The notes beneath the pieces are model-generated. The model saw only the letters and a program-made list of their open reading frames with translations. It searched no databases and was not told the origin of the DNA. From Eledone cirrhosa (Eukaryota), in the NCBI GenBank assembly GCA_964016885.1, contig OZ024741.1, forward strand, positions 74,214,001 to 74,278,000: a stretch of 64,000 nt of DNA, given 5' to 3'. A program made the translations under genes and the position numbers. Positions 28,348-44,722 of this stretch are shown here, piece by piece (the stretch's first letter is position 1; every line of letters begins with the position of its first letter).

Positions 28348-28908
28348 ACACACATAAAGATACATAACTAAATATACACATACACACACACATACATACA
28401 CACACATATACATATGTCCGTATATATACATCCGTTCACACATACATGCATACACACACACATACACACTTATATATATATAGAGAGAGAGAGGCATACA
28501 CACACACATACATATATACATATATACACACATATACATATATATACACAAAAACCTAATATATTGCGCAACATGTCCACAGTGTAAAGAGTATTACATT
28601 GGGGAAACCGGAACGGGACTACATGATAGAGTCCGGGTACATAAACAACAAATTAAAGACCCCACAGTCAGAAATACCACATGTAGCGCACACTTTGCAT
28701 CATGCGGGAAGGGAAAATTCACAATCTTCCCTTTCTTCAAGATATGGTCGGATAACGAACATTTCCGCAGATATAAAGAAGAATTCTTCATTGAAAAATT
28801 TAAACCAGTACTGAACACGAAAAAATGAATTAACACTCGGAGGTAAAATTCCATTTCACTAACTCCCCACTCTTCTTATGTGTACACATGGATATATGTA
28901 TGTATATG

Positions 28909-28975
<67 letters not shown>

Positions 28976-29068
28976 ATGTATGTATGTGTTTGTATGTGCA
29001 TGTGTGTATATATATATATATAAATATATATATGTGTGTGTATATATATGTATATGTGTGTATGTGTT

Positions 29069-29127
<59 letters not shown>

Positions 29128-29291
29128 GTGTGTATGCCTCTCTCTCTCTATATATATATGTGTGTATGTGTGTGTGTATGCATGTATGTGTGAACGGATG
29201 TATATATACGGACATATGTATATGTGTGTGTGTGTACACGTGTGTGTGTGTGTGTATGTGTATATATAGTTATGTATCTTTATGTGTGTAT

Positions 29292-29324
<33 letters not shown>

Positions 29325-29651
29325 CCCATGTGGAGGTATGAGTACATATTCGTGTGTACGTATGTGTATATGTGTTTTTATATGCTTTTATGTATGTTTG
29401 TGGATGTATATGTACATGGGTGTGTGATTGATGGTGTGTGCCTATATATTCCTACATATGCCCGTGTGTGTATGTACGTATATACGCACATATGTGTGTG
29501 TTGAACAAAGGAATAATTTTGGGATGGACGTAGAAAAATCCTTCAGAAAAAAATAATTGTTTACAAGCTTGGCAGGTGCGGTTTGCCTATGACCATTTTC
29601 TAATACAAAGGAATACTAAAAGCTTTTTCCCCTGAATAAAGGAATTTTTCG
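27810..29651 (+). mobile_element. Neptune-type PLE 3' end with inverted pLTR (arms ~27994-28550 / ~29040-29651)
   Basis: Long inverted repeat enclosing a GIY-YIG coding remnant. Confidence 0.85.
28553..28828 (+). pseudogene. GIY-YIG endonuclease C-terminal fragment, open frame not in the ORF track
   Basis: Manual translation: NLIYCATCPQCKEYYIGETGTGLHDRVRVHKQQIKDP..FTIFPFFK..RRYKEEFFIEKFKPVLNTKK*. Confidence 0.88.
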
Positions 29652-30089
29652 AGAATGACCGGGGCAGGCCGCGCTTGCTACATTTCTCCCCACCCAACCC
29701 TACTCACTGTCTCAACTCATTACTGCTATTAACATTTTTTCAACACACCTACACTTATTAAAGGGGGAGAAAAAACCCCCACCGCACCACAAACATGTTA
29801 AATCCCTATATATAGAACAACACACCACATACACATCAGTTTGACAAGCGCACCTCAGCGTGAAAGATCTTTCTAAAAACGAAACAATACCTCCTAAGAC
29901 CTAACCAACAACCAACGACTCAATTTATAAAAAAAATTTTTCTAATCCGGAAAAAAATTCTTTTTAGATTTTGTGAAGAAAATAAATTTGTTGAAAGCAC
30001 AAGTGAAGCCATTTTTTTCTTCCCCCTGTCTTAATATATATATATATATATACCTATATATATACGTATATGTATATATATATATATAC

Positions 30090-30235
<146 letters not shown>

Positions 30236-30262
30236 GTATATATATATATATATATATATACG

Positions 30263-30293
<31 letters not shown>

Positions 30294-30364
30294 TACGTAT
30301 ATATATATATACGTACATATATACGTATATATATATATAATATATATACGTATATATATATATA

Positions 30365-32520
30365 TCATCATCATCATCATCATCACCGTTTCACGTCCGT
30401 TCTTCCACGCTAGCATGTGTTAGACGGGTTGTCCTGTTGTGGGCAGTGTCTGGTCGGCTGACCATGCGTTGCTCATACAGGAACTGATTTGGCTTGATTT
30501 CTACAGCTGGATGCCCTGCCTAGCACCAACCTCATTTACAGTGAGTGCTGGGTGCTTTTTCGTGGCGCCTACACGTCCACCTTGCGGTGGGGGGCGTGGG
30601 GGCATATTGTCTATATGCTTCAGCTTGTACCCATGGGAGGTCGGGTACTCTGTATTACTGCGTGACGCTAGAAGTCACGGTCGTGTGTCATTGCCTTTGA
30701 GAGGTGTAATTGGGTAAAGTCGGCTTTTATCACCTCATCCCAGGTCATCTTGGGTCTCCCCACTCCGCGGTTTGCATCAACATCTAGTGCTCTGCACCTT
30801 TTTATGCAGCTGTCATCCTTCATACGCATCACATGTCCATACCAGCGCAACCGCCTCTCCTTCACACAGCATTTGATACCTCTTATGCTCAGTCTCTCTC
30901 TCAATTCATTTATGCTTTGTCGTTCACGTATATTACTGTTACACATCCACCGGAGCATGCAGGCTTCGTTTCTCTCTAATCTACGTAAGTCTTCCACCTT
31001 CAGCGCCCAGGTCTCACTACCATGCAACATTGCTGTTCGGATACACGCATCATACAGTCTGCCTTTCATTCTGAGGGAGAAGCCTTTTGCAGCTAGCAGT
31101 GGTAGTAGTTCGCTAAACTTCTTCCATCCCGTTCTTACCCTAGATATTGTACTTTCTGAACACCCACCTCCGCTGCTAATTCGGTCACCTAGGTAGCAGA
31201 AGCTGTCTACTGTTTCTACAGAGCCCTTCCAGAGATTGGTGGTACTTGTTTCCTGTGGCTGTTTGCTGCTTGCTGTCTCAGCACAGCTGCTGCATGTGAA
31301 GCCTACATTCTTAATTAAGCTTCCTGAGATCCCGCTACATCTCTTGTGTACCCATTGTTTGCATTTGGGGCAGAGAATGGAGTTCCTACCTACTGAGCAA
31401 GGCCATTTCCCTGAGGGGATCTGGGTTTTGTTTTCTCGTGTACTTACAAGGAACTTAGTCTTTGTCATGTTGACTTTGAGACCCTTTCTTTCTCGTCCCT
31501 GCTTGTAAGTTTGGAATTTATTCTCTAGTTCTACCATAGATTCAGCTATGAGTGCGAGGTCATCAGCATACAGGAGTTCCCATGGGCATCCGGTCTAAAA
31601 CTCCTCCGTTATTGCCTGCAGGACTATGATGAACAGGAGGGGGCTAAGAACAGAACCCTGGTGGACCCCGACCTGTACGCTAAATTCCTCGCTATACTCC
31701 TTGCTAATCCTAACTTTGCTGACTGCTCCCCTATACATGGCTTGTACCGCTTTCACAAGCCATTCATCTACTCCTAGTTTTCTAAGAGCCCACCAGATTA
31801 CAGCACGTGGAACTCTGTCAAAGGCTTTCTCAAGGTCAACAAATGCCAAGTAGAGTGCCTTACTTTTAGCTAGGTACTTTTCCTGTAATTGCCTCACAAG
31901 GAAGAGGGCATCAGTGGTGCCTCTTCCTGGTACAAACCCAAATTGCATCTTGTCTATTTTCACCCGGTCCCTAATCAACTGTGCTATAACTCTTTCTGTT
32001 ACTTTCATGACCTGGTCCATCAACTTTATACCTCTATAGTTTCCTCTATCTAGTGCATCGCCTTTACCTTTGTAGCAGTTGACAATGATGCTACTGCACC
32101 AATCTTTTGGTATGACACCTTCTAGTATTACCTGGTTAACAATACGTGTGGTTATAGTGTGACCTACAGACCCAGATGCCTTCAGCATCTCGGCAGCTAT
32201 ACCCGATGGACCGGTTGCCTTCCCCATCTTCATATCTTTGATTGCCTTACTTACTACGCTGCTGCTGACTTGTACTGCTGGCCCCTCTATAGGGTCTACT
32301 TGGGGTAGGGTCTCTTCTGCCCATGCATTCTCCTCATTTAGTAATCTATCATAATGACTCTTCCATGCATCTTTCTTCTCAGCACTTGTGAGGGCAAGCT
32401 CACCTTTATCATTCCGGATACACTTCTCTCAAATGACATCACAACTATCTCTGACACACTGCCTCGCAATCTTGAATACCTACTGTTTCTGGTCCTCACG
32501 TTGCAAAACATGCTTGAATT
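30365..32520 (-). mobile_element. RTE-clade LINE (family 3), 5'-truncated at (TA)n
   Basis: ORFs 31595-32233 and 30668-31537 with RT motifs and one premature stop. (GAT)n tail. Confidence 0.93.
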
Positions 32521-32575
32521 ATCTCTCTCTCTCTCTATATATATATATACATATATACGTATATATATATACGTA

Positions 32576-32607
<32 letters not shown>

Positions 32608-32608
32608 C

Positions 32609-32653
<45 letters not shown>

Positions 32654-32676
32654 CGTATTTATATATATATATATAC

Positions 32677-32724
<48 letters not shown>

Positions 32725-32800
32725 GTGTATATATATATATATACGTATATATATATATATATATATACGTATATATGTATATATATATATATACGTATAT

Positions 32801-33015
32801 GGAGGCACATGGCTTAGTGGTTAGAGCATTGGCCTTGCAATCGAAAGGTTCTGAGTTCAATTTTCAGACCGGGCGATTTGTTCCCTTGAGCAAGTCACTT
32901 TATTTCACATTGCTCCAGTTTACTCAGCTGTAGAAATGAGATGATAGTGACTGCGGTCCCTATCATTCCACTGCAAAGTGGTCATGGAGGTGCCACGGCA
33001 TAAAAGCACCCAGCT
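32801..33015 (+). mobile_element. tRNA-derived SINE, 3'-truncated
   Basis: Matches 18548-18762. Confidence 0.9.
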
Positions 33016-33164
33016 TTATATATATATATATACGTATATATATATATATATACGTATATATAAATACGTATATATATATATATTTATATATATATATATA
33101 TACGTATATATATATTTATATATATATATACGTATATATATATATATATTTATATATATATACG

Positions 33165-33198
<34 letters not shown>

Positions 33199-33199
33199 C

Positions 33200-33240
<41 letters not shown>

Positions 33241-33242
33241 CG

Positions 33243-33273
<31 letters not shown>

Positions 33274-33306
33274 ACGTATATATATATATATATATTTATA
33301 TATACG

Positions 33307-33337
<31 letters not shown>

Positions 33338-33340
33338 ACG

Positions 33341-33375
<35 letters not shown>

Positions 33376-33419
33376 ACGTATATATATATATATATATACG
33401 TATCTATATATATATATAA

Positions 33420-34496
33420 TTAATAATAATAAATTTCAAGACTAAAATCCAAAGAGGGCTCGATAAGGATAAATATATATCAAATATATAAGAACCGTAG
33501 AGCAAATATTTATTAAAATAACAGATTAAAGTTTAAGCAAAGAATCGCTGCTTTCACCCTTAAGGGGATCTTCTGAAACTAACAAAGTCAATCTGTAAAT
33601 GCAGAAGTGGATATTTCAAAAAACGTTGCGACCGGAGGAAGACAGGAAGACGATACTTTGGTTCGTGGTAACGTTCGCTGGCAAAGAACGGGAAAAAACG
33701 AATAAGATACGTCATTAATAGGAGCGGTGAAAAACAATTACGCGCAAAGACAGAACCACGTTTATGGTATAAAAGAGGTCGTAGACTAATGTTCTCTTAG
33801 GTGGTTCATAGAGACGTTCTCTGGCAATAAACGAAATAAACGAAGATAATACGTCATATGTGGAGTGTGGAGAACAATAGCACGCAAAGACAAAACCACG
33901 TAAATGGTATAGCAGAAGTCGTAGACTAAAATTCTAACTAGGAGACGGAATGAATCTCCGCTACAGAGTTAAGAATAAATACAATACAGAAGTAATAGAA
34001 ATAAATAAATACATACACAAGCATACGCAAAACACTTACCATAGGTATACAAAACCACACACATATAAATATGTGTGTGTGTGTATGCGTGTATACAAAT
34101 AAATAAATAAATAATTATATAAACGTATATAAATAAATAAATACGTAAATAACAAGCGCACACACATACCTACATGTAAATACACGAATGTTCGGAGACG
34201 AAAGTCAACCAAAACATGAAGTACACATATACACACACCCTACATACGTACGAACCTGCATACTCCCACAGACGCAAAACTCCCGTATACACATAGCCAA
34301 ACCATATGTACCAGAACAAAAAAAATAAAAAAAGTTTATACGCCATAACATAAACAATCAAATATACATACGAGAAGGTATACGTACCTTCACGAAACAT
34401 ACGGGTAAATATACTTACCACGTCGAATGGGGTACTATTGGATTTTTTAATCCAAATAGAGTCGTCGAAATTAATCACCGACTTTTGTATCCACAT
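33420..34496 (-). mobile_element. Nematis-like PLE pLTR with tail, fused to a short RT fragment; HHR-fold at 33523-33594
   Basis: Reverse complement of 7459-8385 plus an ~85 bp tail. 34419-34496 translates IQKSVINFDDSIWIKKSNSTPFDV, resembling the PLE RT motif RKSLLF..WIKK..FDV. Confidence 0.82.
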
Positions 34497-34913
34497 TGGC
34501 ATATGGTTGGACAATACATGTGTCCCTTAGCGCCTTGTGCGTGTAGGAACATATACTATATTATTACTCTCCTCCTCTTGGTTGAGAAAAAAATTTGGTC
34601 GTTCTGACTGCTGCTAGTTATAGCGGTAGCCGACTGATCTCCCTGCCTCCGCCTCTATCTTTACACTTGGCCCTTGAAAAAATTGATTCCAATTCATTTA
34701 CTCTCATCTCGGGAACAATTTTGAATAGCGCCAGTTCGTAATTTGAATTCGGGAATTTTATATTCTTCGAATGAAAAGATCCTTCTGCAACGGATACCGA
34801 TTGCAACGGAGGCCGATTGCAACGGAAACCGATTCGGTAAAGGTAACTATAGTAGGTAAAGTTAATTTTTTAAAATTTATTTTGAAACTTTTTCTTATCT
34901 GCTAAACCTTGAT

Positions 34914-34916
<3 letters not shown>
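34497..34916 (+). mobile_element. Permuted copy of the 25 kb non-coding HHR element (tail followed by head)
   Basis: 34497-34568 matches tail 25425-25492, and 34569-34916 matches 25031-25395. Confidence 0.82.
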
Positions 34917-34947
<31 letters not shown>

Positions 34948-36231
34948 GTAATAATAATAAAATTGAAGACTAAAATCCAAAGAGGGCTCGATAAGGAAAA
35001 TATATATCAAATATATAAGAACCGTAGAGCAAATATTTATTAAAATAACAGATTAAAGTTTAAGCAAAGAATCGCTGCTTTCACCCTTAACGGGATCTTC
35101 TGAAACTAACAAAGTCAATCTGTAAACGCAGAACTGGATATTTCAAAAACGTTGCAACCGGAGGAAGACAGGAAGACGATACTTTGGTTCGTGGTAACGT
35201 TCGCTGGCAAAGAACGGGAAAAAACGAATAATACGTCATTAATAGGAGCGGTGAAAAACAATTACGCGCAAAGACAGAACCACGTTTATGGTATATCTGA
35301 AGTCTAAAAGATAACCACACCCAATATAAGTTACACTGGGAGATCCTAGCTAGGGCTAGATCGTATAACGGAAATAAAAGACCATGTGACCTCTGCGCCG
35401 CTGAGGCCCTGGAAATACTCTACGCCACAGACCACATCTTAAACAAAAAATCTGAGGCAATTTCGGCTTGTAAACATAAATTGCACAAAACTTTCCTGTA
35501 TTACAGCCCCACGTTATACCCTAACGGATAGCACGACCTATACGTGGATATTTTACGTCTTGATGTGGGAGCTAAGTATATGTTTTGTTTATTCCTTTAC
35601 TTATTTGCATAGGTAAGTATATATTACCCGTATTTGTACACAAGCATACACACACACACACATATTTATATGTGCGTGGTTTTGTATACCTATGGTAAGG
35701 TTTTGCGTATGCTTGTGTATGTACGTATCTGTTTGCATGTATATATTTATTTGTTTCTATTACTTCTGTATTGTATTTATTTACTTTGTTCTTAACTCTG
35801 TAGCGGAGATTAATTTTAGTCTACGACTTCTGCTATACCATTTACGTGGTTTTGTCTTTGCGTGCTATTGTTCTCCACGCTCCACATACGACTTATTATC
35901 TTCGTTTTTTCGTTCATTGCCAGAGAACGTCTCTATGCACCACCTAAGAGAACATTAGTCTACGACCTCTTTTATACCATAAACATGGTTCTGTCTTTGC
36001 GCGTAATTGTTTTTCACCGCTCCTATTAATGACGTATTAATCGTTTTTTCCCGTTCTTTGCCAGCGAACGTCACCATGAACCAAAGTATCGTCTTCCTGT
36101 CTTCCTCCGGTTGCAACGTTTTTTGAAATATCCAGTTCTGCGTATACAGATTGACTTTGTTAGTTTCAGAAGATCCCGTTAAGGGTGAAAGCAGCGATTC
36201 TTTGCTTAAACTTTAATCTGTTATTTTAATA

Positions 36232-36233
<2 letters not shown>
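34948..36233 (+). mobile_element. Nematis-like PLE: inverted pLTR with tail (34948-35294), GIY-YIG C-terminus, 3' pLTR; HHR-folds at 35050-35121 (-) and 36148-36219 (+)
   Basis: [58 protein letters not shown]. Arms are ~35035-35294 / ~35973-36233. Confidence 0.9.
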
Positions 36234-38011
<1,778 letters not shown>

Positions 38012-38014
<3 letters not shown>

Positions 38015-38437
38015 GAAAAAGTGAGTCCTCATCAGTGACCCTCCAACCGTCCTCGGCATTTCATCGCTTTAAGGGCCATATGCCTCAGGTTGGTGCGAAC
38101 AACGGCTAAAAAAAGTCGTTGGAACACGTAAATAAAGGGGGACATTAGAGTAACAACAAAAGGGTTATAGCAACGGAAAGTGAGTAGAAATAGACAAGTC
38201 CCAGATCTCTATGAATATAAACTCTGTGAAATCGTGAACAAGAGACGAAAGACGATCAATGTCCCCCTTTATTTACGTGTCCCAACGACTTTTTTTAGCC
38301 GTTGTTCGCACCAACCTGAGGCATATGGCCCTTAAAGCGATGAAATGCCGAGGACGGTTGGAGGGTCACTGATGAGGACTCACTTTTTCATATGTATCCC
38401 ATTTGCAACGCCGCAGCTCCATTATCACCATATTTAC
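38012..38437 (-). mobile_element. Fold-back element: ~135 bp arms (38012-38146 / 38258-38392) plus ~45 bp right-arm tail
   Basis: Near-perfect inverted repeat with (TA)n flanks. A relative lies at 19029-19388. Confidence 0.85.
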
Positions 38438-38461
38438 ATATATATATATATATATATATAC

Positions 38462-38497
<36 letters not shown>

Positions 38498-38525
38498 GTA
38501 TATATATATATATATATATATACAC

Positions 38526-38573
<48 letters not shown>

Positions 38574-38594
38574 GTGTATATATATATATATACA

Positions 38595-38995
38595 GATGAC
38601 CCCTTAGCCTTTGTCAAGGCAGAATTCTAGGAGAAAGAAAACTCTGATATAACACTTGGAACCCTGATGGTATCCAATGATGCTGACTTGTTCTTCTTTT
38701 TGGTAAATATTATCTTGGTTAAGAGAGTGGGACTGGCTTTGTGCAGTGCCTTTGCTCACTATAAAAGCTTCACGGCACAGGCATTGCTTTATATCTGGAG
38801 ATCTCTCTGCACTTGTCGTCACATGGTACCATGGGCCCAGCACTATGTGTCAATAATTGTCGCAAGTGTAGTGTTTGTACCAGAGTTTTCAAGTCGCTGG
38901 CTGGACTAAAAAGTCACAATCGTTCAGCGTATCGGTAGGGGTTCTCCTATATGGATATAAAGTAGACGCCATACTCGAAAACGAGTTGGCAGCCA

Positions 38996-38998
<3 letters not shown>
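38595..38998 (+). mobile_element. 3' end of a different RTE/BovB-like LINE with C-terminal C2H2-type finger
   Basis: CSVCTRVFKSLAGLKSHNRS at ~38867-38926, followed by a short 3'UTR ending at (TA)n. Confidence 0.6.
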
Positions 38999-39053
<55 letters not shown>

Positions 39054-39059
39054 ATGTAT

Positions 39060-39877
39060 AAAGGGTTCTCTCCAAAAATGAAAGGCAGGTTGTATGATGC
39101 CTGCATACGAACAGCAATGTTACATGGCAGTGAGACCTGGGCATTGTGTGCAGAGGATATATGCAGACTGGAGAGAAACGAAGCTTGCATGCTCCGCTGG
39201 ATGTGTAATAGTAATATAAATGAACGGCAAAGCATAAACGAACTAAGGGAGAAATTAGAAATAAGAGGAATCAGATGTTGTTTACTCGAGAGAAGACTAC
39301 GTTGGTATGGTCACGTGATGCGCATGAAAGACGACAGCTGTATAAAAAAGTGCAGGGCAATAAAAATAGACGGTAGCCACGGAGTAGGCAGACCCAGAAA
39401 AACCTGGGACGACTTGATAAGTTCCGACCTCACACACTTACACCTCTCCAAGACAATGTCACTGGGCCGAGATCTTTGGCGCTACACAGTAATACAGAAG
39501 ACCCGCCTTACCTAAGTGCAAAGTGAAACCTACTACACTCAGTAGGCATCTCTAACAAAATACACCCCCGTCCCACCACCCCTTTCAATGTAAAGTTATG
39601 TTGGTACCACAACATCCAGCCGAAAACAAATGAGGTCGTGTAGGTGACACGACAAAAAACACACAGGCCACGCTGTAATGTGGCCGTGTAGGTAACACGG
39701 TAAAAACCTCCCAGACCCACACTGTAAATGTGGTTGGTGTTAGGAAGGGCATCCAGCTGTAGAAAACCCGCCAGACAGTCCTATGCGAGCAAGACAACCA
39801 CTCTTGCCTCAAGTGGGAAAACTCCCGTCCAAACCCATGCAAGCGTGGAACACGGACGTTAAACGATGATGATGATG
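39060..39877 (+). mobile_element. RTE family 1 3' fragment
   Basis: ORF 39048-39515 (MLHGSETW, LRWYGHV, GRPRKTW), 3'UTR and (GAT)n tail. Confidence 0.93.
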
Positions 39878-39907
39878 TTGTATATATATATATATATATA
39901 TATATAT

Positions 39908-40243
39908 GGAAAGTTATATTTAAAATTGTTGGGTTACAACTAGTAAATATTTATATCTGATATAAAAGCACTCGACAAATATTTGGAGTATATTTACAAT
40001 ATTAAATAAATGGAAACTATATTTATAAAACCATATTTATTTCATTATATATATTTCGGGGATATCATATTAACAATATGCTATGCCTTCCTCCGGTATG
40101 TCGAATCTATTTATCTATAAAACTGTTTATATTGTATTTTGTCTGAGGAAGGCACAGCATATTGTTAATATGATATCCCCGAAATATATATAATGAAATA
40201 AATATGGTTTTATAAATATAGTTTCCATTTATTTAATATTGTA
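39908..40243 (+). mobile_element. Fold-back element of the 12 kb family: arms 39995-40093 / 40145-40243, ~87 bp left tail; HHR at 40135-40200
   Basis: TATTTTGT CTGAGGA AGG..CCC GAAA TATATA TA ATGAAATA. Same tail as 12251-12336. Confidence 0.85.
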
Positions 40244-41622
<1,379 letters not shown>

Positions 41623-41687
41623 CTCTTTTACCTGTTTCAGCCATCCGGCTGAGGCAATGCTGGGGCACCGCCCTTTTGCTACACATT

Positions 41688-44600
41688 TTATCTCCAGCCT
41701 GTATAAGTTGGCCACTGGTGTAAGAGGGAGTTTGTTGCTGCTGCCCTTAGGTTTCCCTCGTGCCTTGCTGTGGGCAAATCCGGGATCCTGGATAACAAGG
41801 TGTCGAGATGTTTCTTGAAGACATCCACGTCCACGTCATCCAAATCTCTCAGATCCCTCGGCAGCTTGTTGAAGAGTTGAGGGCTCTTGAATACCAGGCT
41901 ATTGCAATACTTGCTCCTTATTCTAGATGTGGAAGACGGGACCTTTGGCACCACACAGTGACGTCCTGTTCGACGGTTGGTCCAGCACCCAATGCCAAAG
42001 TTTGGTGCTAGTCCCTCCAGGATTTTCCACATGTAGATCACTGCGTATCTCTCGCGTCTTCGTTCCAAGGAGTAGAGGTTCAGTTCCTTTAACCTCTCCC
42101 AGTAGCTTGTCTCCTTCATCGTGGCAATCCTCTTGGTGTAGCTTCGCTGGATTGCCTCAAGCTCCGTGGTTAGTTTGACACTATGGGGTGACCACAACTG
42201 GGAGCAGTAGTCCAGGCGGCTGAGGACAAATGTCCTCCATAGTGTCAACATGGTGTCTCGATCTCTTGTCCGGAAAGTCCTCAAGATCCAGCCAGCGAGT
42301 CGTCTGCACATTGTCGCCACTTTCATGATGTGTGAAGAAAAAGATGCATTATCGCTCATGTCTATGCCCAGGTCTCGTATCGATTTTGACACGGGGATAT
42401 CGGTCCCTCCTGGTCCTGTGTAGTTGTGTTGTACTATATTTGTGTTTGCAAGTTTGTTTGGAGGTTTGTATTGTAGGGCTTGGAATTTTCCAGCATTAAA
42501 CTGCATGTTGTTTTCTTCCGCCCATTTGTATATGGCATCCAGATCCTGCTGTAAAAGGGCAGCGTCCGCCGGGTTTTTGATTGCCTGTGCTACCTTAGTG
42601 TCATCAGCATAGCTAGTGAGGGATGTTGCTGTATGTACTACAGCGGGCATGTCTGAGACATCCCCCCAAAACAATAGTGGTCCCAGGACTGTCCCCTGGG
42701 GCACCCCACTTGTTATTGGTGTTTCCTTTGAGAGGGCCCCATTTGCTGCGACTGCTTGACTTCTGTCCTTTAGGAAGTCATGCAGCCACTCATATACTTT
42801 TCCAGTAATGCCGAGTCCGTGTAGTTTGTGACATATCATTCCGTGGTCGACCTTGTCAAAGGCCTTCGCAAAGTCAAGATATATCACGTCCACATGTGAG
42901 CTGTCTAGTAGTTGTTTCAGTACCCAGCCGTAGTGATGTAGCAGCTGTGTAAGGCAGCTTCTTCCTGGGCGGAAGCCATGTTGCGTGCTAGTCAGGCGGT
43001 CATTTTCCTTGAAGAAAGTGATCAGTTTCTTTCTGACGTCTCGCTCCATGACCTTACTGATATGCGACGTCAGGGAGACTGGCCTATAGTTTTTGGCCTC
43101 TGCTCTGCTACCTCCTTTATGGATAGGGCATATTGTGCCTTCTTTCAGCTCCCTGGGTAGTACACCGCTAGCCAAGGAACTTCTGAAGAGCATCTTCAGT
43201 GGAGTTGCTAAGGCCCGCTTACATATTTTTAAGAGAACTGCTGGGAATCCATCAGGTCCAGCAGCCGAGTCCGTTCTAATTTCATCAATGGCGTACACCA
43301 CATCCTCCTCCGTTATGTCTATGTGGTTGATGGTTGCCATTTCTTCATGTAGTGTTGTGGCATCAAAGAACTCCTCTGGCTTCGTTATTTGCATGTGCCT
43401 CAGTGGACATGTGAACACACTTTTGTACTGTTCGTTCAGTATTTCACATATCTCTTGGGGGTTTTCGGTTAATGAACCGTCCGTATGGAAGAGTGGCCCA
43501 ATCTTGCAGTGTACTGAGGCAGTTTCTTTTGCAAATTTAAAGAAGGCGTTAGGGTTTGTTTTAATGTTTTCTATGGCCCTGTTCTCTTTCTTTGCCCTCT
43601 CATTCTCATGGGAAAGCTTGAGTGCAATCTCGGTGCCAAGTAATGCACGTTTCAAATAGGATTCCTTCTTGTTTTTGTTTTGTTGGCTATTCAACTGGTT
43701 TGAGAGTTTAGTTCTACGTCTCATAAGGATTTTCCTATCTCTGGGAATAAGATTTTTGTGTCTGTTTGCCTTTTTCTCCAGGACAAACTTTTTGCATATA
43801 GTGTGTATTGTTGTCATGAAGTGTTGAAATTGTGTGTTAGTGTCTTGTGTGGCGGTGTTTTCACTCCATGTTTGCTTCCGGATTTCTCTCTTAATCTTTT
43901 TCCAGTTAGCCTTGTAGAAGTTAAGGCTGGATAACGTCCCGGAGCTTCTTGGTGGTTTTGTCTCCGTTGGTTCTCTTGGACCACATATCATTAGCTCTAC
44001 TAAGTTATGATCCGAGAGAATTGTTGGTGTCACCTTTACATTTTCGCCTCTTGTTGGGAGGAGTATTGCTTGCTCCATGAACAGCCTGTGTGTGAGGGCC
44101 AGCAGGGATTCCGTCTGTCTCTGTTCTATTGACGTCATTCCAGGGAGGAGGTGGCCCTCAGGCCATTTGACCTTTGGTAGGTTGAAGTCTCCCAGCAGTA
44201 GAATGTTGAGACCCTGGTCCAGTTTGTCAAGGATCTCTTCTATCCTACTTAGGCTATCCTCAAATTTACCCTCATGACTGGGGGAATCGGGCGGCCGATA
44301 TGTGATACATATTACTGTCTGTAGTTGCTTCATATGTACTATCAGTGTGTCACAGACTGAGTTTGAATGTGTCAACAGTACAATTGGTGTGACATCCTCA
44401 CGGATATACAAAGCAACCCCACCATGAGTTCTCTCCTTCCTGTCCGAACGAAATACAGTATATTGCGGTATATGTATTTCTGCATCTGCTATACTGCTTG
44501 TCAGGTGTGTTTCGGTTAGTGTCATGCATAATGCTTGATTGCTTATGGCTAAGTCTCCCAGGTAGGACATTTTACTCATGTTACTGAGTTTCACCAGGCC

Positions 44601-44690
44601 TCTGACATTCAGCAGCAGCACTGGTGTGACCTTTGGCGTGCCAGTAATGGCTGTCGGTATGACACCTGGTCTGGTGTCAGCGGCGGCCAC
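41688..44690 (-). CDS. LINE ORF2 (APE endonuclease plus reverse transcriptase), 1000 aa open frame
   Basis: [79 protein letters not shown]. Confidence 0.92.
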   Translation of the reverse strand: MAAADTRPGVIPTAITGTPKVTPVLLLNVRGLVKLSNMSKMSYLGDLAISNQALCMTLTETHLTSSIADAEIHIPQYTVFRSDRKERTHGGVALYIREDVTPIVLLTHSNSVCDTLIVHMKQLQTVICITYRPPDSPSHEGKFEDSLSRIEEILDKLDQGLNILLLGDFNLPKVKWPEGHLLPGMTSIEQRQTESLLALTHRLFMEQAILLPTRGENVKVTPTILSDHNLVELMICGPREPTETKPPRSSGTLSSLNFYKANWKKIKREIRKQTWSENTATQDTNTQFQHFMTTIHTICKKFVLEKKANRHKNLIPRDRKILMRRRTKLSNQLNSQQNKNKKESYLKRALLGTEIALKLSHENERAKKENRAIENIKTNPNAFFKFAKETASVHCKIGPLFHTDGSLTENPQEICEILNEQYKSVFTCPLRHMQITKPEEFFDATTLHEEMATINHIDITEEDVVYAIDEIRTDSAAGPDGFPAVLLKICKRALATPLKMLFRSSLASGVLPRELKEGTICPIHKGGSRAEAKNYRPVSLTSHISKVMERDVRKKLITFFKENDRLTSTQHGFRPGRSCLTQLLHHYGWVLKQLLDSSHVDVIYLDFAKAFDKVDHGMICHKLHGLGITGKVYEWLHDFLKDRSQAVAANGALSKETPITSGVPQGTVLGPLLFWGDVSDMPAVVHTATSLTSYADDTKVAQAIKNPADAALLQQDLDAIYKWAEENNMQFNAGKFQALQYKPPNKLANTNIVQHNYTGPGGTDIPVSKSIRDLGIDMSDNASFSSHIMKVATMCRRLAGWILRTFRTRDRDTMLTLWRTFVLSRLDYCSQLWSPHSVKLTTELEAIQRSYTKRIATMKETSYWERLKELNLYSLERRRERYAVIYMWKILEGLAPNFGIGCWTNRRTGRHCVVPKVPSSTSRIRSKYCNSLVFKSPQLFNKLPRDLRDLDDVDVDVFKKHLDTLLSRIPDLPTARHEGNLRAAATNSLLHQWPTYTGWR

Positions 44691-44722
44691 TCTGGGTCCC
44701 TTAGCTGTGGTGGTCTCGAGTG

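Noticed and set aside
29841-29873. TTGACAA-GCGC..GCGT-GAAAGATCTT hammerhead-like trace
   Set aside because: Two core substitutions and no stem I.
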